In this document: in pieces, positions 30,363 through 41,205 of the stretch
How positions within the stretch are numbered: position 1 is the stretch's first letter
Layout: every line of letters starts with the position of its first letter
NCBI GenBank assembly: GCA_050303855.1
Contig: JBNLCO010000006.1
Coordinates: 1,820 to 65,819 of the forward strand
Source of the DNA: Candidatus Pacearchaeota archaeon
Lineage (GTDB): Archaea; Nanobdellota; Nanobdellia; Pacearchaeales; GW2011-AR1
Reading direction: 5' to 3'
Length of the DNA stretch: 64,000 nt
The notes under the pieces: generated by a model
Told to the model about the DNA's origin: nothing
Database searches by the model: none
What the model saw: the letters and a program-made list of their open reading frames with translations, nothing else
Position numbers and translations under genes: made by a program

Positions 30363-31340
30363 TCAACAAAAACACTTTGCAACCAACAAAGGAAACAAAA
30401 TCGTCGCATCCCCATAAACCTTTACTCTCTTAGATTCAGGAGTTAATTTACCCCAAGAAACAGCCTCTTCAGGAACAGCACCTGCATCACTACCGTCAAA
30501 CTCCTGAGCATTATTTATATAAACAGCATAATCTGCACCATTTCTATATAAATGTGCATTAAGTATAGCATGTTTAATTATTCCTGCTCCCAAAATTAAA
30601 ACCCCTGATTTTTTTAAACCAGAAGTAGATTCATTAAGCATCTTTGTCTCTTCCGCAATATCAATCTTGAAGTCCGGATGTTTATATTTAAAGAAATAAA
30701 CCATATCTCCAAAACTTCCATCAAGAATAGCCGGACAATAAATAGGAAGTTTATTCTTCCAAGCCCAGTATGAAATACTTTTCTCGTCGTTTATTTTCTC
30801 CCCAAATTTCCAGATTATTTCATAAGGTGTGTAGACTTTTCCAGTTTCTTTTTGTTCAGCATAAATTTCTTCAAGAACAGGCATAGTAAATTCCTCAAAT
30901 TTAATGTAATTGTTATTTGGAACAAGAAGATTTCCAATCCTATTTATTGCCTTTTCTCTCAATTCCTTACCCGGAAGCCTAAAATCACCCAAAACAGTAT
31001 CTCCCAAGCATTTTATTATATCTTCCTCAAATCCTCCCCCACTTGTAACACAAACATTAATTTTCTTATTCTGTACAAGATAACGAATAACCTCTCTCAA
31101 ACCAGAACTAACCATATTTGATGTATATCCCAAGTAAATATTTGATTTTGATTCCACCATTTCTTTAACAATCTCTATAGCCTTAGATAGGTGAGATGCC
31201 TGGAAACCCATATTTGAAAAGTTATCAATTAACTTATCATAATCAACACCTTCGTTAAAGTCATAACCTTCTATAATTGCTCCTCCTATCTTATCACTTT
31301 CCTTAAGTATACTATCTCTAGCAATATCATCTGTAGCCAT
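30363..31340 (-). CDS. dys: Deoxyhypusine synthase
   Basis: GYTSNMVSSGLR, NRIGN, FDGSDAGA, EEAVSWGK (catalytic Lys present). Confidence 0.95.
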   Translation of the reverse strand: MATDDIARDSILKESDKIGGAIIEGYDFNEGVDYDKLIDNFSNMGFQASHLSKAIEIVKEMVESKSNIYLGYTSNMVSSGLREVIRYLVQNKKINVCVTSGGGFEEDIIKCLGDTVLGDFRLPGKELREKAINRIGNLLVPNNNYIKFEEFTMPVLEEIYAEQKETGKVYTPYEIIWKFGEKINDEKSISYWAWKNKLPIYCPAILDGSFGDMVYFFKYKHPDFKIDIAEETKMLNESTSGLKKSGVLILGAGIIKHAILNAHLYRNGADYAVYINNAQEFDGSDAGAVPEEAVSWGKLTPESKRVKVYGDATILFPLLVAKCFC

Positions 31341-31430
31341 ATTTTCCCGACATAAGGTACGTATATAAGGTTTTCTAAATATATGTTCCAAAACAAAAAT
31401 CTTTTAAAATGAAGAAACCAAAAGATTAGT

Positions 31431-31616
31431 ATGAATAAACTACTACAAATATTAATCGGACTAATTCTCCTTCTAGGAGGAATTTACGTCTGGGGACTGA
31501 ATTTCTTTAGTTTCGGAGAAGCCGCATTAAATTTCCTTAAGGGAGGAATAATGTGGATAGTTCTATTGATCGGATTAGTTCTAGTTGTTGTAGGAATAAG
31601 TGGACTTAGAGAGTAA
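31431..31616 (+). CDS. Small membrane protein
   Basis: Two TM helices; upstream TATA. Confidence 0.55.
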   Translation: MNKLLQILIGLILLLGGIYVWGLNFFSFGEAALNFLKGGIMWIVLLIGLVLVVVGISGLRE

Positions 31617-31619
31617 AAA

Positions 31620-32234
31620 TTATTTTAAAGAAATAAAAAATCCTTCTATTAACGCAGCTATTATTAAAAGCGGCAAAACAATAAAGACAAAAACTCTCAA
31701 ACCTTCCCAAAGATATCTCCTAAAAGATTCTGATTTATTCTTCTGAAGAACAAAACTACCCAACCTCAGACCCAATCCCATCGAAATAAAAACTGCTGGA
31801 AGTTCAAAAATTCCATGTGGGACAAGACTCAATAAAGAAGAAATCCCAGATTGATCAACAGCTAGGGAAGCCACAAAACCTAAAACATAACCATTAAGGA
31901 GAGCTACAAAAAAAGGAAAAATCCCAAATAAAAATCCAAAAAACAAGGAAAAGAAACTGCTCCTAAGATTATTCCAGAAAATAAAATTAGACATACGTAA
32001 AAAACCGTAACCAGAAGTCATCTCTATTAAGTCTTTAAAATAATTTAATATTTTATCTGAAATTTCATCAGGCGTCTTAACAAAAAATCCAATAAAAGCA
32101 AAAACAAAAAAGATTACAAGAATAGCATAAACAAAATTCTTAGATTCCTTCAAATAATTCCAACTCTTAATGTATTGATCCTTAAAAGAGAATTCCCCTC
32201 TTTTTTTGTCTACCTTTGTTTTAACCATTATCAA
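31620..32234 (-). CDS. SpoIIM-family membrane protein
   Basis: IFWNN, NGYVLG, PHGIFELPA, AALIEG. Confidence 0.85.
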   Translation of the reverse strand: MIMVKTKVDKKRGEFSFKDQYIKSWNYLKESKNFVYAILVIFFVFAFIGFFVKTPDEISDKILNYFKDLIEMTSGYGFLRMSNFIFWNNLRSSFFSLFFGFLFGIFPFFVALLNGYVLGFVASLAVDQSGISSLLSLVPHGIFELPAVFISMGLGLRLGSFVLQKNKSESFRRYLWEGLRVFVFIVLPLLIIAALIEGFFISLK

Positions 32235-32905
32235 ACAAAGTGCTTCCTAATATAAGAAGTTTTCCTCTTGAATTTATTTCTTAAGTATAATCCATAAACT
32301 AGTCCCGCAATAAGTCCTCCAAGATGAGCAACATTTCCAATAGGAACATTACCCAAGATAGAAATAATCCAAAGCAAAGCCAACAAACCAGGGGCAGCAT
32401 ATTTCAACTTAATAGGTATTGGTACAAACATAACATAAACAGGGAGGTTAGGCGTAAGCAAAACTAACAAACCAACCAGACCAAATAACGCCCCTGAAGC
32501 CCCAACTGCATAAGTATTCAAATCAATACCAAAGAACAAAGCAGTCAAAACAAACAACAAACCTGCAAAAATACCCGAAATAAAATAAAACCAAAGGTAT
32601 CTCTTTTTTCCTATAAGCTTCTCTACAAGGGATCCGACAAAGAATAAAGAAAGCATATTAACAAACAAATGGAAAAAACCACCATGCATAAACATACTAG
32701 TAATAAAAGTCCAAAGATATTTTCCAGTAAGAATATTTGAAGGCTTAATTGCTATCGAATCAATCGATAAAACTTTTAAAGAAAGAAGAGAAGTAAAAAT
32801 AATAAATGCTAAAACATTGATAAAAATAATCCAAGTGTTTAAACTAAAATTAAATTTCTTTTTCCTCTCAGGAGCATTAATCGTATATACATAAGCCATA
32901 ATCAA
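32231..32905 (-). CDS. Rhomboid intramembrane serine protease
   Basis: HLFVNM, GASG, AHLGG. Confidence 0.93.
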   Translation of the reverse strand: MIMAYVYTINAPERKKKFNFSLNTWIIFINVLAFIIFTSLLSLKVLSIDSIAIKPSNILTGKYLWTFITSMFMHGGFFHLFVNMLSLFFVGSLVEKLIGKKRYLWFYFISGIFAGLLFVLTALFFGIDLNTYAVGASGALFGLVGLLVLLTPNLPVYVMFVPIPIKLKYAAPGLLALLWIISILGNVPIGNVAHLGGLIAGLVYGLYLRNKFKRKTSYIRKHFV

Positions 32906-32931
32906 TTAAAAACAAACAATTGTTATAAAGT

Positions 32932-33666
32932 TTACTTAGACTTCTTCTTTATAGTCTTTTTCTTAACTGCCTTTTTCTTAACGGTTTTTTTAGGAGTTTT
33001 CTTCTTAGTAGATTTCTTTTTTACAGTCTTTTTCTTAACTGTTTTTTTTGCCGCATCTCTAATTGCCTTCTTAACAGCTTTCTTCTTAGCCAACTCCTTC
33101 TCAACTTTTTTCCTCTGCCTTTCTCTCTCTTTTCCGATTTTCTGATTTTCAATTTCAATTTCAGCATCAATTAAATCCATCTTTTCATTAAGTTTGTCCA
33201 TATTTCTCCTGAAATCCTTAACCAACTTAGAGTTATCTTTAAGAGAGAGAATATCCCCACATTCTGGGCAGGTAAATTCTATATTCATTGCATTATCCTC
33301 GTTAAACTCTAAATTACACCTCTCACAAATGTAGAATGTTTTTGTCTCCCTACTATTAACCTGGTTCTCAAATTGGTCCAGTCTCTTTTGAGTATAAGAT
33401 TTCAAAAACTCCAAAGCTTTCAAAACTTCAATTTTCCAAAAATAAGTATACCATCCTTTCTTCTTATCTTTCTTCCTAATAGAACTAACAAATCCAAAAT
33501 CAGAAATCTTATACAAAATGTTTCTAGTTTGATTGATGGTCAAGTCAAGTTTCTTTGCTATAACAAACTCATTAACATGCTTAGAACTATGAAGTAAATC
33601 TACAATAGGTTCAGCGGGTTTTCCGGCGGTGATAACAACGACTTCTCTTAGAAAATCTTTAAGCAT
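32932..33666 (-). CDS. tfe: Transcription factor E alpha with Lys-rich C-terminal tail
   Basis: EF.IAKKL..TINQTRNILYK, GWYTYFW, CERC...FTCPECG; tail of KKKxx repeats. Confidence 0.9.
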   Translation of the reverse strand: MLKDFLREVVVITAGKPAEPIVDLLHSSKHVNEFVIAKKLDLTINQTRNILYKISDFGFVSSIRKKDKKKGWYTYFWKIEVLKALEFLKSYTQKRLDQFENQVNSRETKTFYICERCNLEFNEDNAMNIEFTCPECGDILSLKDNSKLVKDFRRNMDKLNEKMDLIDAEIEIENQKIGKERERQRKKVEKELAKKKAVKKAIRDAAKKTVKKKTVKKKSTKKKTPKKTVKKKAVKKKTIKKKSK

Positions 33667-33782
33667 TTTAAATCCAATTTTAACCGAAATAAATACTTTT
33701 CGGTCCAAAAGAAAAATAAATAAAGTTTTTAAACCTATATTCTTTCATATATACATTAAAAAGAATATTTAAAAGAGGTCAA

Positions 33783-34388
33783 ATGGGATTGTTTAAGAAA
33801 AAAGAGGACAAAAAACCGTCGGCGAATGCCAGACAAGATTCTGCTCCAAGGTTACCAGAGTTGCCAAAATTACCTTCTCTTCCCGAGATGGGAGAAGAGT
33901 TAGATGAAAACATGGAACTTCCAAAGTTACCCAGTTTCCCAAATAGTTCTACAGGGGACAAATTTTCTCAGAACACGATCAAGGAAGCCGTTGCTGGGGA
34001 AAAAGAGGTGACAGAGGAATACGCAGATGACTCCATGAATATGGAAGAAGATCAAATGATGCCAAATACTCTGCAAGAAGAACCAGAAATGCGGGCTCCT
34101 TCAAAAAGAGAGATGCCTTCAAGGATAAATAACCCTATTCAAGTAAGATCACAGTACACTCAAAACAAAACACAAGGTCCCGTTTTCATAAGACTAGATA
34201 AATTTGAAGACAGCCTTGAAATATTTAAAGAAGCAAAAGAACAAATATCAGAAATACAAGACCTTCTTAACGACATAAAAGAATTAAAACAAAAAGAAGA
34301 GTCTGAATTAAATGATTGGGAAAACCAAATCCAGGAAATTAAAAATCAAATAGACAAAGTAGACCAGGATATTTTCTCAAAAATATAA
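33783..34388 (+). CDS. Hypothetical protein (Pro-rich/acidic N-terminus, coiled-coil C-terminus)
   Basis: GAGGT SD; LPELPKLPSLP repeats; heptad-rich C-terminus. Confidence 0.65.
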   Translation: MGLFKKKEDKKPSANARQDSAPRLPELPKLPSLPEMGEELDENMELPKLPSFPNSSTGDKFSQNTIKEAVAGEKEVTEEYADDSMNMEEDQMMPNTLQEEPEMRAPSKREMPSRINNPIQVRSQYTQNKTQGPVFIRLDKFEDSLEIFKEAKEQISEIQDLLNDIKELKQKEESELNDWENQIQEIKNQIDKVDQDIFSKI

Positions 34389-34390
34389 TA

Positions 34391-34780
34391 ATGAAAAAAG
34401 AAAAAAAACCGGCAAACGACGAGATAATACATATAAAATTAAATTATCAGGAAGCAATTAAATCTAAGAAAGATATTCTTGAAACACAGAGAAATTTGAT
34501 TCAGCTTCTAAGAACAGTTAAAAGATTCCATTTAATAAGAATAGAGGAACTAAAATTTAAATTAATGCTTCTAAAAAGAATAAAAGAAACAAAAACAAAT
34601 ATATCTAAACTGAACAAGACTCTTCCAAAAATAAAGATACCAGACATAATTAAAGAAAACGTTGAAGAACTACATAAAAAGAAGGAAAAGAAAGAGGATA
34701 TCTTTGGACAAGATATGACTCAAAGCGATATTGAAAAAGAACTTATGGAATTACAGATAAAGCTAAAACAGCTTGAATAG
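34391..34780 (+). CDS. Hypothetical coiled-coil protein
   Basis: Starts 2 nt after the upstream gene. Confidence 0.6.
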   Translation: MKKEKKPANDEIIHIKLNYQEAIKSKKDILETQRNLIQLLRTVKRFHLIRIEELKFKLMLLKRIKETKTNISKLNKTLPKIKIPDIIKENVEELHKKKEKKEDIFGQDMTQSDIEKELMELQIKLKQLE

Positions 34781-34823
34781 TTCTTTACACAAATCTTTTT
34801 ATACATGAAAATTATAGATAATC

Positions 34824-35039
34824 ATGAGCAATGAATATAGTCTAGAATATTTAAGAGAAAAACATAAAGACGTGATTGAAAATCCAGCAATAAAAAAAGT
34901 TCTAAAGTATAAAATATATGATCCAAATCAAGAAGAAACAAATTTCAAAGAATGTATAGAAAATGCGACAAAGAATGCAAAATCCCATCTTGATGCTTTG
35001 CTAAGGAAGATCCCAAACTCTCAAGAAAACAATTTTTAA
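34824..35039 (+). CDS. Hypothetical protein
   Basis: 71-aa ORF with TATA-like box upstream. Confidence 0.45.
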   Translation: MSNEYSLEYLREKHKDVIENPAIKKVLKYKIYDPNQEETNFKECIENATKNAKSHLDALLRKIPNSQENNF

Positions 35040-35063
35040 AAACTCTCTAGCTCTTGAATAATC

Positions 35064-36797
35064 ATGGTTACACGATCAGAATTAATAAAAAAGTATATAG
35101 AATTCTTCAAAAAGAAAAAACATCAACATATTCCTAGCGCAAGCCTAATACCCGAAAATGATCCCACTGTGCTATTTACTACAGCAGGAATGCACCCTTT
35201 AGTACCATTTCTTTTAGGCCAAAAACACCCTCTAGGTAAGAGATTAGTTTCTGTACAGAAATGCATCCGTACAGGAGACATAGAGGAAGTAGGAGACACA
35301 ACGCACCATACTTTCTTTGAGATGCTTGGAAATTGGTCTTTAGGAGATTACTTTAAAGAGGAGTCAATAAAATATTCATTTGAATTCCTTACAGAAGAAC
35401 TAAACATATCTCCCAAAGAAATTTATGTAACGTGTTTTAAAGGAGACAAAGACGCTCCAAAGGACACTCTATCAGAAAAAACATGGAAATCACTCGGGAT
35501 AAAGAATATCAAGTTCTTAGGAAAAAAAGATAACTGGTGGGGCCCTGCAGGGCAAACAGGACCATGTGGGCCAGACACAGAGATTTTTGTAAACAAGGTA
35601 GAAATATGGAATAATGTATTCATGGAATACAATAAGAATTCCCAGGGAAAATTCACACAATTACAACAAAAAAATGTTGACACTGGAATGGGGGTAGAAA
35701 GAACATTAGCAATTTTAAATAATCTAAATGATAACTACCTTACAGATATGTTCAAACCAATAATAAGCGAAATAGAAAAGATATCCAAAAAAGACTACTC
35801 CAAATCAAACCAAGAAGAAAAAAGGTATATGAGGATTATTGCAGATCATATAAGAACAGCCACATTTATTTTGGGAGATGATAAACAAATAGTGCCTTCA
35901 AACGCAGATCAAGGATACGTATTAAGAAGATTAATACGTAGAGCAATAAGGTATGGGAAAAAATTAAACATCCGAGAAAAGAACTTCCTCTCAAAAATAG
36001 CAAAAATAATAATAAGAGAATACACAGATCACCAAGAATTAAAAAGAAACCATAAAAGGATAATAAAAGAATTAGATCAAGAAGAGGAAAAATTTTTACA
36101 AACACTCGAAAAAGGTCTTAAAAAATTCGAACAGATGTCTAAAGATAATTTAATATCAGGAAAAGAAGCATTTTTACTATTCCAGTCTTACGGATTCCCA
36201 ATTGAAATGACCGAAGAACTAACAAATGAAAAAGGAATAAAAATAGACTTAGAAGAATACAATATTGAATTCAAAAAACACCAGGATTTATCAAGGACAG
36301 CATCAGAAGGGAAGTTTAAATCAGGCCTAGCAGATAATTCAGAACAAACAAGAAAGCTCCATACAGCAACACATTTACTTAATGAAACCCTAAGGTTCGT
36401 ACTCAAAGATAAAAACATAAAACAACGTGGATCAAACATAACTCCCGAAAGATTAAGATTTGACTTCACCTTTCCCCGAAAAATAACCCCCGAAGAAATA
36501 ACTGAAATTGAAGAAAAGATGAACGAAATAATCCAATCAGGATTAGAAATAACAAGAGAAGAAATCCCTTTGGAAGAGGCAGTTAAATCTGGAGCACAAT
36601 CCGAATTTGGAACAAAATATCCTGAAATGGTATCTGTATACACAATACACAAACCAAATAATTCAAAAGACTGGTATTCAAAAGAGATTTGCACAGGGCC
36701 CCACGTAAACAACACTAAAGAACTAGGAAAATTCAAAATAAAAAAAGAAGAATCTTCAAGTGCAGGAATAAGAAGAATAAAAGCTATTTTAGAATAA
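35064..36797 (+). CDS. alaS: Alanine--tRNA ligase, short form lacking C-Ala
   Basis: FTTAGM, HHTFFEMLGNWS, DTGMGVER, HTATHLL, EICTGPHV; ends GIRRIKAILE. Confidence 0.95.
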   Translation: MVTRSELIKKYIEFFKKKKHQHIPSASLIPENDPTVLFTTAGMHPLVPFLLGQKHPLGKRLVSVQKCIRTGDIEEVGDTTHHTFFEMLGNWSLGDYFKEESIKYSFEFLTEELNISPKEIYVTCFKGDKDAPKDTLSEKTWKSLGIKNIKFLGKKDNWWGPAGQTGPCGPDTEIFVNKVEIWNNVFMEYNKNSQGKFTQLQQKNVDTGMGVERTLAILNNLNDNYLTDMFKPIISEIEKISKKDYSKSNQEEKRYMRIIADHIRTATFILGDDKQIVPSNADQGYVLRRLIRRAIRYGKKLNIREKNFLSKIAKIIIREYTDHQELKRNHKRIIKELDQEEEKFLQTLEKGLKKFEQMSKDNLISGKEAFLLFQSYGFPIEMTEELTNEKGIKIDLEEYNIEFKKHQDLSRTASEGKFKSGLADNSEQTRKLHTATHLLNETLRFVLKDKNIKQRGSNITPERLRFDFTFPRKITPEEITEIEEKMNEIIQSGLEITREEIPLEEAVKSGAQSEFGTKYPEMVSVYTIHKPNNSKDWYSKEICTGPHVNNTKELGKFKIKKEESSSAGIRRIKAILE

Positions 36798-36799
36798 AA

Positions 36800-37903
36800 T
36801 TATTCTCCATAATATTCGTCAACCAACTTATACTTAATTTTAAGTCTATCGTAAAGATTCCTTCTCAAAGGACCGATCCAACCATAATTATCAATAAAAC
36901 TCCTTATTCTATTTAGCCTCTTTGCATCCCGAACCTCATAAAAATTATCCTCTCCAAAAGTCAAACCTTCCGAGATAAAAAACAATTCAGGGTCTGAATA
37001 AAGATTTCCTAAATCAACATAATTAATACCGCTATCACCAATTATAGAAGGGGCAGTTGTTTCAATAAAACAATATCCTGTATTTGAAAAACTTTCATAA
37101 ACAGGGCATTTAATACCTAAAGCCTCATGATTCTCATCCAAATAATAAAAGAATGAAACGCCATAACCAATTTCTCTCAATAAAAAGGAAAGCAATTCTG
37201 TTTTCTCACCACATATTCCTTCATTATCATATAAAACCTGGTAAGGGTATCTCGAATAAGGAACCTCCTGTCCTGCAAAAGAATAAGTCTTATCTGACTG
37301 TCCATAAGGAATATTCTGAACAAGACTAATCGCAATTCTAGCTTGATCATCTTTATTGTCAGGAGCTCTATTCTGTATTTCCACCACTAATGGCATCAAA
37401 AATTCTCTCTGAACATCTTCATTAATTTTATCTAATTTGAAATCTGCCCTAGAAGAAATCTCCGAAGCCTGGTACTTTATCGACTGGTCAAGAGAAGAAA
37501 GATAATTATCCAATCCCCCATAAACACTAAAAGAAAAAGAGTTTTCTTTCCCATCTAAAAGATATCTAAGGTTAATTTCTTTAGCCGCAACAGAATAAGA
37601 ACTATAACAATCTCCATTTACTTTAGAAGAATTAAAGGGGCAACCACAAAAATTTGAGTTCCTTACCAATTGTCCATCCGAACTACAATAATAAGGTTTA
37701 TTTATAGAACAAGTTCCAACAAAACCCCCATCCCCACAAGTTTCAACAGAGCTCATTGTATTTATCCGACTGACATTCACAAGGTAGGAAACAAAAATTA
37801 ATACAAATAGTAATACTATAAGAACTATAAAAGAATAAACTAAATTTTTCCTTAAAGAAAAACTCCAAAATCTCCCCTCCCCATAACCAACCTCTTCAGA
37901 CAT
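36800..37903 (-). CDS. Membrane-anchored transglutaminase-like protein
   Basis: N-terminal TM, Cys-rich segment, YPYQVLY..GICGEK (Cys), NHEALG (His), IETT. Confidence 0.65.
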   Translation of the reverse strand: MSEEVGYGEGRFWSFSLRKNLVYSFIVLIVLLFVLIFVSYLVNVSRINTMSSVETCGDGGFVGTCSINKPYYCSSDGQLVRNSNFCGCPFNSSKVNGDCYSSYSVAAKEINLRYLLDGKENSFSFSVYGGLDNYLSSLDQSIKYQASEISSRADFKLDKINEDVQREFLMPLVVEIQNRAPDNKDDQARIAISLVQNIPYGQSDKTYSFAGQEVPYSRYPYQVLYDNEGICGEKTELLSFLLREIGYGVSFFYYLDENHEALGIKCPVYESFSNTGYCFIETTAPSIIGDSGINYVDLGNLYSDPELFFISEGLTFGEDNFYEVRDAKRLNRIRSFIDNYGWIGPLRRNLYDRLKIKYKLVDEYYGE

Positions 37904-37967
37904 AATCTAAGAAACATAAATGGATTATAAAAAGTTAATTATTCAAAATAAATTCAATTCAAGAAAT

Positions 37968-38594
37968 CTACTTTTTGACAAAAACAAATTTCTCAGAACC
38001 TCTCCCAGGAACCCAACTTCTTTCCTCAATTTCTTTCGGGGTTCTACATGCAACACCTAAAGAAGAATTGTCTTGATCATACATAGAAACATTTGCTAAA
38101 AAGGGCAACCACAAATCATGCTTATAATTAAAAGCAGGCAACAAACTCCACAAACCCCCAGTGTCTTTTTTTATATGGGGAAAAACTTTACTAGCTTCTA
38201 ACATTTGGTGCAAATCTACAGGAACATAACCTAATTTGCTAAATTCTGAAACCAAATTATCTGTAGTTGCACTGGATTCCAATTTAATATTTTTGAAAAA
38301 ATATTCCTTGTTTTGTTTTTTAGAAACAAAAGAATCATTAAGGGAAATATCATCTAAAAATCTTTTAGGCATCGATTGAATTCTAGATTCAATCTTTTCT
38401 GAATGCTCCTTAAATTTATCAAGAACAACTTTATACAAACCATTAATTTCACTAAAGTTTTCACGTTCGATTTTTGCAATTAGAGAATCATTATAATCTA
38501 CAAAAGAAGTAAAATTAAATTCTCTATAACTAAAAGAATCATTTTCTTTCACAAGCGACCAGGCTTTATCCATTCCCATAATAAGTAGTGTCAA
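37968..38594 (-). CDS. Hypothetical protein
   Basis: 208-aa ORF; start probably at the Met near 38579. Confidence 0.55.
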   Translation of the reverse strand: MTLLIMGMDKAWSLVKENDSFSYREFNFTSFVDYNDSLIAKIERENFSEINGLYKVVLDKFKEHSEKIESRIQSMPKRFLDDISLNDSFVSKKQNKEYFFKNIKLESSATTDNLVSEFSKLGYVPVDLHQMLEASKVFPHIKKDTGGLWSLLPAFNYKHDLWLPFLANVSMYDQDNSSLGVACRTPKEIEERSWVPGRGSEKFVFVKK

Positions 38595-38658
38595 AGAAGG
38601 ATTTATAAATTTTCCTACAACTTACCTTTTAGAAATCAAAATAAAAAAGAGATAACCT

Positions 38659-41160
38659 TTATTCAAAATAAATACCTGGCTTATGAGGTTTAGCCTTCTT
38701 AGAAATATTATTTGGATCATATTTATCTTTATCGTTAACAGCATAAACCTTAACTGGTTTTCCAATCCTCTTACTAATCTCCTCATCTGAAAAGAAATCT
38801 AATTCATTTGGAAGAACATAGACATAAACATTTTCTTTAGATTCTCCCTTACTTTCAACAATTTTATTTATGTTAATTATATCTCCAACTAGTTTCTCAA
38901 CAGCTTCATCCTGCTTCTCAAAACGTTCATCTATTTTGTTATCTTCTGGCTTAGGCCACTCACTGAGACTAATGAAACCTTTGCCCTTAATCTTTTCCCA
39001 AAGCTCTTCTGAAACATGTGGGCAGAAAGGACTCAATAATTTCAAACTCTTCTCAAGAACATCTTTTGAAACTTCCCCTCCATCAAACAAAGTATTAAAC
39101 AGTTCCCTTACTTTTATGATTGCAAGATTGTATTTGAAACTCTCAATCTGATTTGTAACTTCTTTTATTATTTTATTCAACTTACTTTCAATCTTAGGGC
39201 TTGATTTCTTAGTTAACTCAACTCTTGAAAAAAAATCAAATAATTTATTTATAAATTTCAAACTTCCGTCAATACCTTTCTCACTCCAATCAATATCTTT
39301 ATCTGGAGACGCTACAGAAATCAAAAACATTCTTGCTGTATCAATTCCATACTTCTCAGAAACAGTTTCAGGCAAAACAACATTTCCTTTAGATTTACTC
39401 ATTTTATCTCCATCCTCGCCGTGCAACATACCCTGATGAAATAATTTAATTGCAGGTTCATCAAATTTCAACAAACCTAAATCTCTCAAGAATTTAGTAT
39501 AAAATCGGAAATAAATCAGATGCATACAAGCATGTTCAGCCCCCCCAATATATTGATCGATCGGACACCAATAATCTACCTTTTTAGGATCAAAAATTTT
39601 CTTATCATTTTTGCTATCTGCATATCTCAAAAAATACCACGAGGAATTAACAAAAGTATCCATAGTATCAGTTTCTCTTTTAGAATCTTTATTTCCACAA
39701 TTAGGGCATTTTGTTTTAACCCATTTATCATTAGTCAACAAAGGATTTCCTTCCCCAAATTTAACCTCTTTAGGAAGCTTAACTGGAAGATCTTTCTCCT
39801 TAACCGCAACAACACCACAATCATTGCAATACACAACGGGTATCGGAGTTCCCCAATATCTCTGCCTAGAAATTAACCAATCTCTTAACTTAAACTGAAC
39901 TTTGTTTCTCCCAATTTTCTTCCTTTCTAAAAATGCAACAATCTTTTTCTTTGCATCAGAATTCTCCAAACCACTAAATTCCCCAGAATTAATTAGGTTG
40001 CCTTTTTCAGTATAAGCATGAGTCATTTTCTCAGGCTTTTCAATTTCCTGACCAACAGGATCAATTACAACTTTTATAGGAATTTCATATTTCTTAGCAA
40101 ATTCGAAATCCCTTTGATCATGCGCGGGAACAGCCATCACCATCCCAGAACCGTAATCAGCCACAACAAAATTTCCTGCATAAACTGGAACTTTCTCATT
40201 AGTTACAGGATTAATTGCATAACTTCCAGTAAAAATTCCTTCTTTCTCCATATCCTCCATCTGCTTCTCTGAAACACCTTTAACTCTCTTCAAAAACGCT
40301 TCAACTTTCTTTTTCTCAGAGTTTGCAACAATATCCATCAATTTAGGATGCTGTGCAGAAATTACCATAAATGTAACTCCATAAATAGTATCTGGTCTTG
40401 TTGTAAATACTGGAAACTTTCCAAAACTCTCTATCTCAAAATCAATCTCAGCACCATAGCTCTTTCCTATCCAATTTTTCTGCATTGCTTTGGTTCTCGA
40501 AGGCCAATCCAAATCATCAATCTTATCTAAAAGTTCTTCAGCGTAATCTGTAATCTTAAAAAACCACTGTCTCAAAGTCTTCAATTCCACTTTTGTCCCG
40601 CATCTTTCACAATTACCAGTTTGGGCCTGTTCATTTGCCAAAACAGTCTTACAAGAAGGGCACCAATTAACAGAAGCTTCTTTTTGATAAGCCAAACCCT
40701 TTTCTAACATCTTAAGGAAAATCCATTGATCCCACTTATAATAATCCGGACTTGAAGTATTAATTATTCTAGACCAATCATAACTCAATCCAAGCATCTT
40801 CTGTTGCTTCATAAAATGTTTCATAGATTTCTTAGTATAATCTTCAGGATGAGTCCCATCTTTAATAGCAGCATTCTCTGCAGGAAGCCCTAAAGCATCA
40901 TAACCCATAGGATGGAGAACATTAAACCCTTGCATTAATTTAAATCTTGCAAAAACATCTCCAATTGAATAATTCCAGGCATGTCCCATATGCAAACCAC
41001 TACCTGAAGGATAAGGAAACATTTCAAGAACATAAAATTTAGGTTTCTTCGTGCCCGCCGGCGTTCGAGGCTCTTTAACTTCAAAAGCTTTCTTATCAGC
41101 CCAACGTTTCTGCCACTTTTGTTCTATTTTTGCAAAATTAATTTTATTAGACTCTGGCAT
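38659..41160 (-). CDS. leuS: Leucine--tRNA ligase (bacterial type)
   Basis: MFPYPSG.GLHMGH, FTTRPDT, DWLISRQRYWG, KMSKS. Confidence 0.96.
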   Translation of the reverse strand: MPESNKINFAKIEQKWQKRWADKKAFEVKEPRTPAGTKKPKFYVLEMFPYPSGSGLHMGHAWNYSIGDVFARFKLMQGFNVLHPMGYDALGLPAENAAIKDGTHPEDYTKKSMKHFMKQQKMLGLSYDWSRIINTSSPDYYKWDQWIFLKMLEKGLAYQKEASVNWCPSCKTVLANEQAQTGNCERCGTKVELKTLRQWFFKITDYAEELLDKIDDLDWPSRTKAMQKNWIGKSYGAEIDFEIESFGKFPVFTTRPDTIYGVTFMVISAQHPKLMDIVANSEKKKVEAFLKRVKGVSEKQMEDMEKEGIFTGSYAINPVTNEKVPVYAGNFVVADYGSGMVMAVPAHDQRDFEFAKKYEIPIKVVIDPVGQEIEKPEKMTHAYTEKGNLINSGEFSGLENSDAKKKIVAFLERKKIGRNKVQFKLRDWLISRQRYWGTPIPVVYCNDCGVVAVKEKDLPVKLPKEVKFGEGNPLLTNDKWVKTKCPNCGNKDSKRETDTMDTFVNSSWYFLRYADSKNDKKIFDPKKVDYWCPIDQYIGGAEHACMHLIYFRFYTKFLRDLGLLKFDEPAIKLFHQGMLHGEDGDKMSKSKGNVVLPETVSEKYGIDTARMFLISVASPDKDIDWSEKGIDGSLKFINKLFDFFSRVELTKKSSPKIESKLNKIIKEVTNQIESFKYNLAIIKVRELFNTLFDGGEVSKDVLEKSLKLLSPFCPHVSEELWEKIKGKGFISLSEWPKPEDNKIDERFEKQDEAVEKLVGDIININKIVESKGESKENVYVYVLPNELDFFSDEEISKRIGKPVKVYAVNDKDKYDPNNISKKAKPHKPGIYFE

Positions 41161-41205
41161 GTATATAGGATAGAATTAATGATTTAATAAATTATTGTTC
41201 AGAGA

